Source: Octopus sinensis
Taxonomy: Eukaryota
DNA: 29,225 nt
Reading direction: 5' to 3'
Assembly (NCBI RefSeq): GCF_006345805.1
Contig: NW_021832968.1
Coordinates: forward strand, 1-29,225
In this document: in pieces, positions 24,678-29,225 of the stretch
Numbering within the stretch: position 1 is the stretch's first letter
Layout: each line of letters starts with the position of its first letter
Notes under the pieces: model-generated
Seen by the model: the letters and a program-made list of their open reading frames with translations, nothing else
Database searches by the model: none
What the model was told of the DNA's origin: nothing
Position numbers and translations under genes: made by a program

Positions 24678-24821
24678 CAAACAAATAAGCAAATATGTCG
24701 GCTGGAAAGATTGGTTGTTATTTCATTTTGAAAATGTATTGGGAAGCACTTAAGAACCCCGACCGTAATCTAATACTTCCGGTTACCATGGAGTGGGAAG
24801 GAAACGTGTATCTGTCTTCAG
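24678..24821 (+). CDS. Candidate 144-nt exon with ATG at 24695, product unknown
   Basis: Acceptor (tat)n tttcag|, strong donor CAG|GTACGT; open from the ATG (A at -3) to the donor: MSAGKIGCYFILKMYWEALKNPDRNLILPVTMEWEGNVYLSS, phase 1 out; in-frame TAA at 24686-24688 upstream. Confidence 0.5.
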
Positions 24822-24844
24822 GTACGTAAGCAGTATCAACGTAT

Positions 24845-25016
24845 TTACAAGACATATATATATATATGTGTGTGAGTATGTATGTATGTATATAATATAT
24901 ATATATATATATATATGGGTGTGTGTGTGTGTGTTGTGTGGGTGGTGTATGTATTTATGTATGTATGCATGTATGTATGTACGTATTTATGTATATGCAC
25001 GGATATATATATATAA

Positions 25017-25095
<79 letters not shown>

Positions 25096-25300
25096 CACAT
25101 ACATACATATACACACATTGTATTTATGCGTGTGTGTATATATATATATATATATATAATATATATTCGTGTGTGTATGTGTACAGATATGTGTACTTAT
25201 GTGTCTTACCGTGTATATGTCCATCGTTCTATCCCAATTAGTATGTGTATTTATGTTTGTGCGGATGTGTATGCGCGTATGTCTATCCGTAATGCAAACA
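24845..25300. repeat. Compound (TA)n/(TG)n/(CA)n field
   Basis: Direct reading. Confidence 0.95.
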
Positions 25301-25457
25301 CAAACTGGTGTATTAGCTTTTTTTTGTAAAGCTTCTAAGAACCAAACAAAGTGATTAGTTTAACCATAGAAACCGGTTTTCAAGTTAACATACAAGAGTT
25401 AGTGTGTATGTGTATGCCTGCGTGTGTGTGGCGTGTGAATCCATGCGTGCATGTGTA

Positions 25458-25489
<32 letters not shown>

Positions 25490-25677
25490 TACATGCATGT
25501 GTATGCCTGTGTGTTTATGTATGCGCTTGTACGTCTGAATACGTACGTGCGTAACTGCGTTATGGGGTATAAAGGTTGTCGTTTCTTCAGTTCGTAAATG
25601 TTACGTATGTTTACTCTTAATTTGTCATATGTGTGTGTGTGTGTGTTCGTGTGTGTGCGTGTGTATGTATGTATATT

Positions 25678-25737
<60 letters not shown>

Positions 25738-25746
25738 ATATATATT

Positions 25747-25937
25747 TGGGTTTGTGTGTAAGTAGCTTGCTTACGAACCAAAGCGGTTGCCAGGTTGGTT
25801 CAGTCCCACTGCGTGGCAACTTGGGCAAGTGTCTTCTACTATAGATCCTCAGGCCAACCAATGCCTTGTGAGTGGATTTGGTAGACTGAAACTGAAAGAA
25901 GCCTGTCGTACATATATATATAAGAGATAGATAGATA

Positions 25938-25972
<35 letters not shown>

Positions 25973-26190
25973 ATGTGTCTGTGTTTGTTCCTCCAACATC
26001 GTTTGACAACCGATGCTGGTGTGTTTACGTCCCCGTAACTTAGCGGTTCTGCAAAAGGGACCAATAGAATAAGTACTAGGCTTACAAAGAATAAGTCCTG
26101 GGGTCGATGCGCTCCACTAAAGGCGGTTCTCTAGCATGGCCACAGTCAAATGACTGAAACAAGTAAAATAGTAAAAGAGTAAAGAGTAAT
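25747..26190 (+). mobile_element. tRNA-derived SINE with internal (TA)n/(GT)n microsatellite and LINE-like 3' tail
   Basis: Head gtgtaagtagcttgc...GGTTCAGTCCC, acttgggcaagtg block, tail ggcggttctctagcatggccacagtcaaatgactgaaac followed by (gtaaaaga)-like repeats. Confidence 0.85.
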
Positions 26191-26252
26191 ATATATATAA
26201 ACTATACATATATATATATACATATACACAAATACACACACACACACAAACA

Positions 26253-26379
26253 CGAAGGCTTGCTGGGATTTCATGGCTTTGGGTTAAAAAAATAATAATA
26301 CAGGAGGATCAGTTAATTATGATTTTATTCAACATATTAGTGTCTCAGTTTCACACACTTGTTGTAATGGTTCCTTCAG
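26253..26379 (-). mobile_element. Mariner-derived fragment (3' TIR plus transposase C-terminus)
   Basis: Decayed CGA(A)GG...ttcatggctttggg TIR; minus strand reads NKCVKLRH*YVE*, resembling the mariner C-terminal KCVxxxGxYVE*. Confidence 0.55.
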
Positions 26380-26639
26380 CACTGAAGGCGTGTGCGCGTA
26401 CAACTCATTCAGAAACCCTCTTTGCATAAGTATACAACTATATATGAATATACGTCTCTAAGTTGCTTTAGGTTTACGTATATAGATGTAGATATTTTCT
26501 CCTCCCCCAATGCGCTGAAGAGTTCAGTCTATTAACACACGATACCTTTAGAGTTGGATATCTAACCTTGATTACTTTACATATACCCACACGCAGTGTT
26601 ATGTCTGTATGGCTATATGTACGCATTTGTATATGTATG

Positions 26640-26687
<48 letters not shown>

Positions 26688-26788
26688 CATAATTTGAAAT
26701 AACGGTGAAAAATTGAATATCAATTTGATTAATATCGATTTAAAATCAGTGGTCTAGTATATTGAAAAATCTGAAGATTCAGAAAAAT

Positions 26789-26950
26789 TATATTACATAC
26801 ATATAAGAGGGATGACCACTAAGTGGACATCTATTATGCTAGAAGTAGACCCCCTTATGGTCTTTTCTTAGTGGTAAGACCATAAGCAGTCTAGTTCTAG
26901 CATAATGGATGTCCACTTAAAGGTCATCCCACTTATATGTATGTAATATA
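26789..26950. other. 162-bp near-perfect palindrome (hairpin)
   Basis: 26789-26850 vs 26889-26950: 62 nt, 5 mismatches. Inner perfect 11-bp stem 26854-26864 / 26876-26886 with an 11-nt loop. Confidence 0.9.
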
Positions 26951-26988
26951 TATACGCATATGTATATATATATATATATATAATATAT

Positions 26989-27042
<54 letters not shown>

Positions 27043-27261
27043 TACATACATATGTATATACGTTTGTATGTATAGTGTCTGTTCTTTTCTGGTTTTTAGT
27101 CTTTACAACCGGCGGAAACTGTATTAGCTGCTGTGTAGAACTGTCACAGGTGTAATTCCACCCACAACACATGGATGTTGAGTATGTTTGTTAACCCACC
27201 ATTGCATTTTACCATGGAACCACTCAAAAGTCAGTAAGAGATGACTGATTTCATATTGTAG

Positions 27262-27382
27262 ATAATCCCAACTCCGAGTTAATCTACTCAATATCAACCC
27301 ACACGAGGATTTGGTTTACAAGCAAACACTTCACTGAAAACCCCCTTTCTCAACAATGATGTATCGTTTGGAGATCAAGGTG
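27262..27382 (+). CDS. Candidate exon with an apparent 1-nt excess in a C5 run, product unknown
   Basis: Acceptor gactgatttcatattgtag|, donor GTG|GTACGT. Phase-1 frame (D)NPNSELIYSISTHTRIWFTSKHFTENP stops at 27357; removing one C from 27341-27345 gives ...ENPFLNNDVSFGDQG, a 120-nt phase 1-1 exon. Confidence 0.4.
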
Positions 27383-27514
27383 GTACGTATATGTTTGTGT
27401 TATCCTCTGTACAAATGCTCTTGAACCATATTGAATACACACACAAATGTTGACTGAGTTTGTATGTCTTGTATGTGTTGGTTTAGCAATACGAACTGAG
27501 CCGAATCGAAAGCC

Positions 27515-28742
27515 TGTCAACAATTATGAGTATAAGTGTTTGAGATGTTTTGTAAGTTATTTAATCTAAAATATACTCTCCTTCATTTTCTACCATGCTC
27601 TTCATCTATTTGGTAGACTTGCAAGGCCGTTCTTCCAAAATTCACTTGTCTGTGACGAAAAATTCTTCATGTTATGATATCGTATACAGAATACATTTTT
27701 TTCCGTCCAAATGATTTTGAAGATTGCGGAATAAATGATTACCAGATGGAGCAGTGTCCGGCGAATATGGTGAGTGGGGCATCGTTTCCCACTCAAACTG
27801 TTCCAGCCTTTGGAATGTTATCCTTGCTGTATGTGGCCGAGCATTATCCTGATGGAAGAACACCTTTCGTCTTGAAAAGATGGTCATTTTACTTTTAGCG
27901 TTGACTTAAACCCATCTAGCTACTGGCAGTAGATCTCATTTGTTATCGTTTGGTTTGGGTCTAAAAGTTCAAAGTGGACTAAACTTTTCCTATCCCACCA
28001 AACAGATAGCAACACCTTACGTAGGCGAAGAACTAGCCTAGGGTGCCGGTGTTTCTCCTTTCCCTACCCACTGTCTTCGGCGCCTGACATTTTTATAGAG
28101 AACCCATTCCTCTTCATCAGTTACGATTCGGTCCCAAAATGGTTCATTCATGAAACGTGATTGCAAAGAAGAGCACACATTCACTTTCTGTGCGCGATTA
28201 GACTTGGAAAATTTGTGAGGAACCCATTGACCCAATTTGCTGACTTTTTCGATGGCACGCGGGTGTCCTTGAATGGTTGAAAGACCAAATCCAAGCTTCT
28301 CTACTAGTTCTTCTACAGTTGCGATGAGATTTTGTTCCACCAGAGTTTGCAGGACTTCCCTGTCGAGCGCTATAGTTCTTCCAGGACGAAGCTGTAGTTT
28401 CAGGTTAGGAATTTCTAGAATCACCGTTGGCACTGGGTTACGCTTATTGTCCGATCCCCATATACTGCATTAATATTCCTCGCACTTAACATTGCGTTGT
28501 TGCCTTTATTGAATTCATAAAGCAAAATATGCCGAATATTCTCCTTTGTCACTTCCATTATAGCTTAGAAAAAAGTAACTGTTAAAATCGAATTGCACTC
28601 CTCAAAACTTGCACTAAGAATAAGCACAAGGTAAAATTACTACCTACTTTTACAGCAAGTCGATGCAGGTAGTTTATCCCATCCTCCTCCAACTTTAAGC
28701 TCATGCAATTGAAAAAACTGCATTATTTATGGCATGATCCAA
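27515..28742 (-). mobile_element. Near full-length degenerate mariner transposon; transposase pseudogene 28558-27561
   Basis: MEVTKENIRHILLYEFNKG, WVPHKF, DRIVTDEEEWVLY, VWWDRK, HQDNARPH, YSPDTAPS, VENEGEYILD*, with several stops and frameshifts. 5' TIR TTGGATCATGCCATAAATAATGCAGTTTTTTC abuts TA at 28743; the 3' TIR is barely recognisable, so that boundary is approximate. Confidence 0.9.
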
Positions 28743-28758
28743 TATATATATATAAATG

Positions 28759-28789
<31 letters not shown>

Positions 28790-28977
28790 TTGCATATCTA
28801 ATACATTCTCACAAATATACGACCGTAAACGCACATACCATAATTTATAATACTTAGAGCATAATCATATATGTTTGGAGTGCAACACCACAACAAAGTC
28901 TATGTCACTCGGATATTTCAAATATTTCATTCTGGGTAGAATAAATCAATTCTAAATTATGTGTTTTGCAATACCAG

Positions 28978-29045
28978 TACGGATATCAATATCTCAAAAG
29001 ATAGATATGTTGATTATTATACACCTGAAAAGGTCAGAGTCAACA
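28978..29045 (+). CDS. Candidate 68-nt exon (alternative donor at 29032), product unknown
   Basis: Acceptor gtgttttgcaataccag|; donors ACA|GTAAGT and AAG|GTCAGA; open as TDINISKDRYVDYYTPEKVRVN (phase 2 in) or RISISQKIDMLIIIHLKRSEST (phase 1 in). Confidence 0.3.
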
Positions 29046-29225
29046 GTAAGTATCATATCAACAGTTATATGTGTCTGTGTCAAAAAAACAAGATACGAAC
29101 GAAATGGAATAAAGTTTGTGTCAGACAGTGAATGCTTTATTGTCGTTGTCAATATCCGTAGGGAAACATTGACAAATACCTGGCCTTATATTTTGTATCA
29201 CGCTTTCCCTAATTGATTCGATTGC

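Noticed and set aside
26770-26800. CTGAAGA...GAAA, a possible minimal hammerhead ribozyme
   Set aside because: Stem III lacks the required U16.1-H17 register and no stem I can be formed; it is simply a TCTGAA-GA-TTCAGA hairpin.
27100-27233. Strong acceptor at 27099/27100 with downstream donors
   Set aside because: All frames stop before the good donors at about 27180 and 27234; only a weak CAG|GTGTAA donor gives an open exon.

Overview
AT-rich, repeat-saturated eukaryotic genomic DNA. The tRNA-derived SINE families and extreme microsatellite density point to an octopus (coleoid cephalopod); this is inferred from recalled repeat families, not from a search. No complete gene, RNA gene or CRISPR array is present, and almost all ORFs in the supplied track are microsatellite translations. 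Well-supported content: two degenerate mariner transposons (17553-18443 +, about 27515-28742 -), a 5'-truncated CR1/L2-group LINE 3' end (15713-16593), a 5'-truncated R4/Dong-like LINE end sitting in a (TAA)n tract (19852-20131 -) plus an older relic of the same type, a non-autonomous Helitron (6419-6817), hAT and Tigger/pogo-type MITEs, and many SINE copies, some in tandem or inverted. The most notable unexplained structures are a 455-bp foldback with 167-nt arms (5668-6122), a 162-bp near-perfect hairpin (26789-26950), a diverged array of about 180-bp units (about 9660-10640), and a 3' stem-loop shared by the LINE and one SINE family. Several short + strand segments have splice signals and open frames (best: 3968-4130, 24678-24821, 27262-27382) and may be exons of one long-intron gene I cannot identify. 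I do not see convincing evidence of a new biological system; the findings are hypotheses about TE biology, dsRNA structure and a cryptic host gene.
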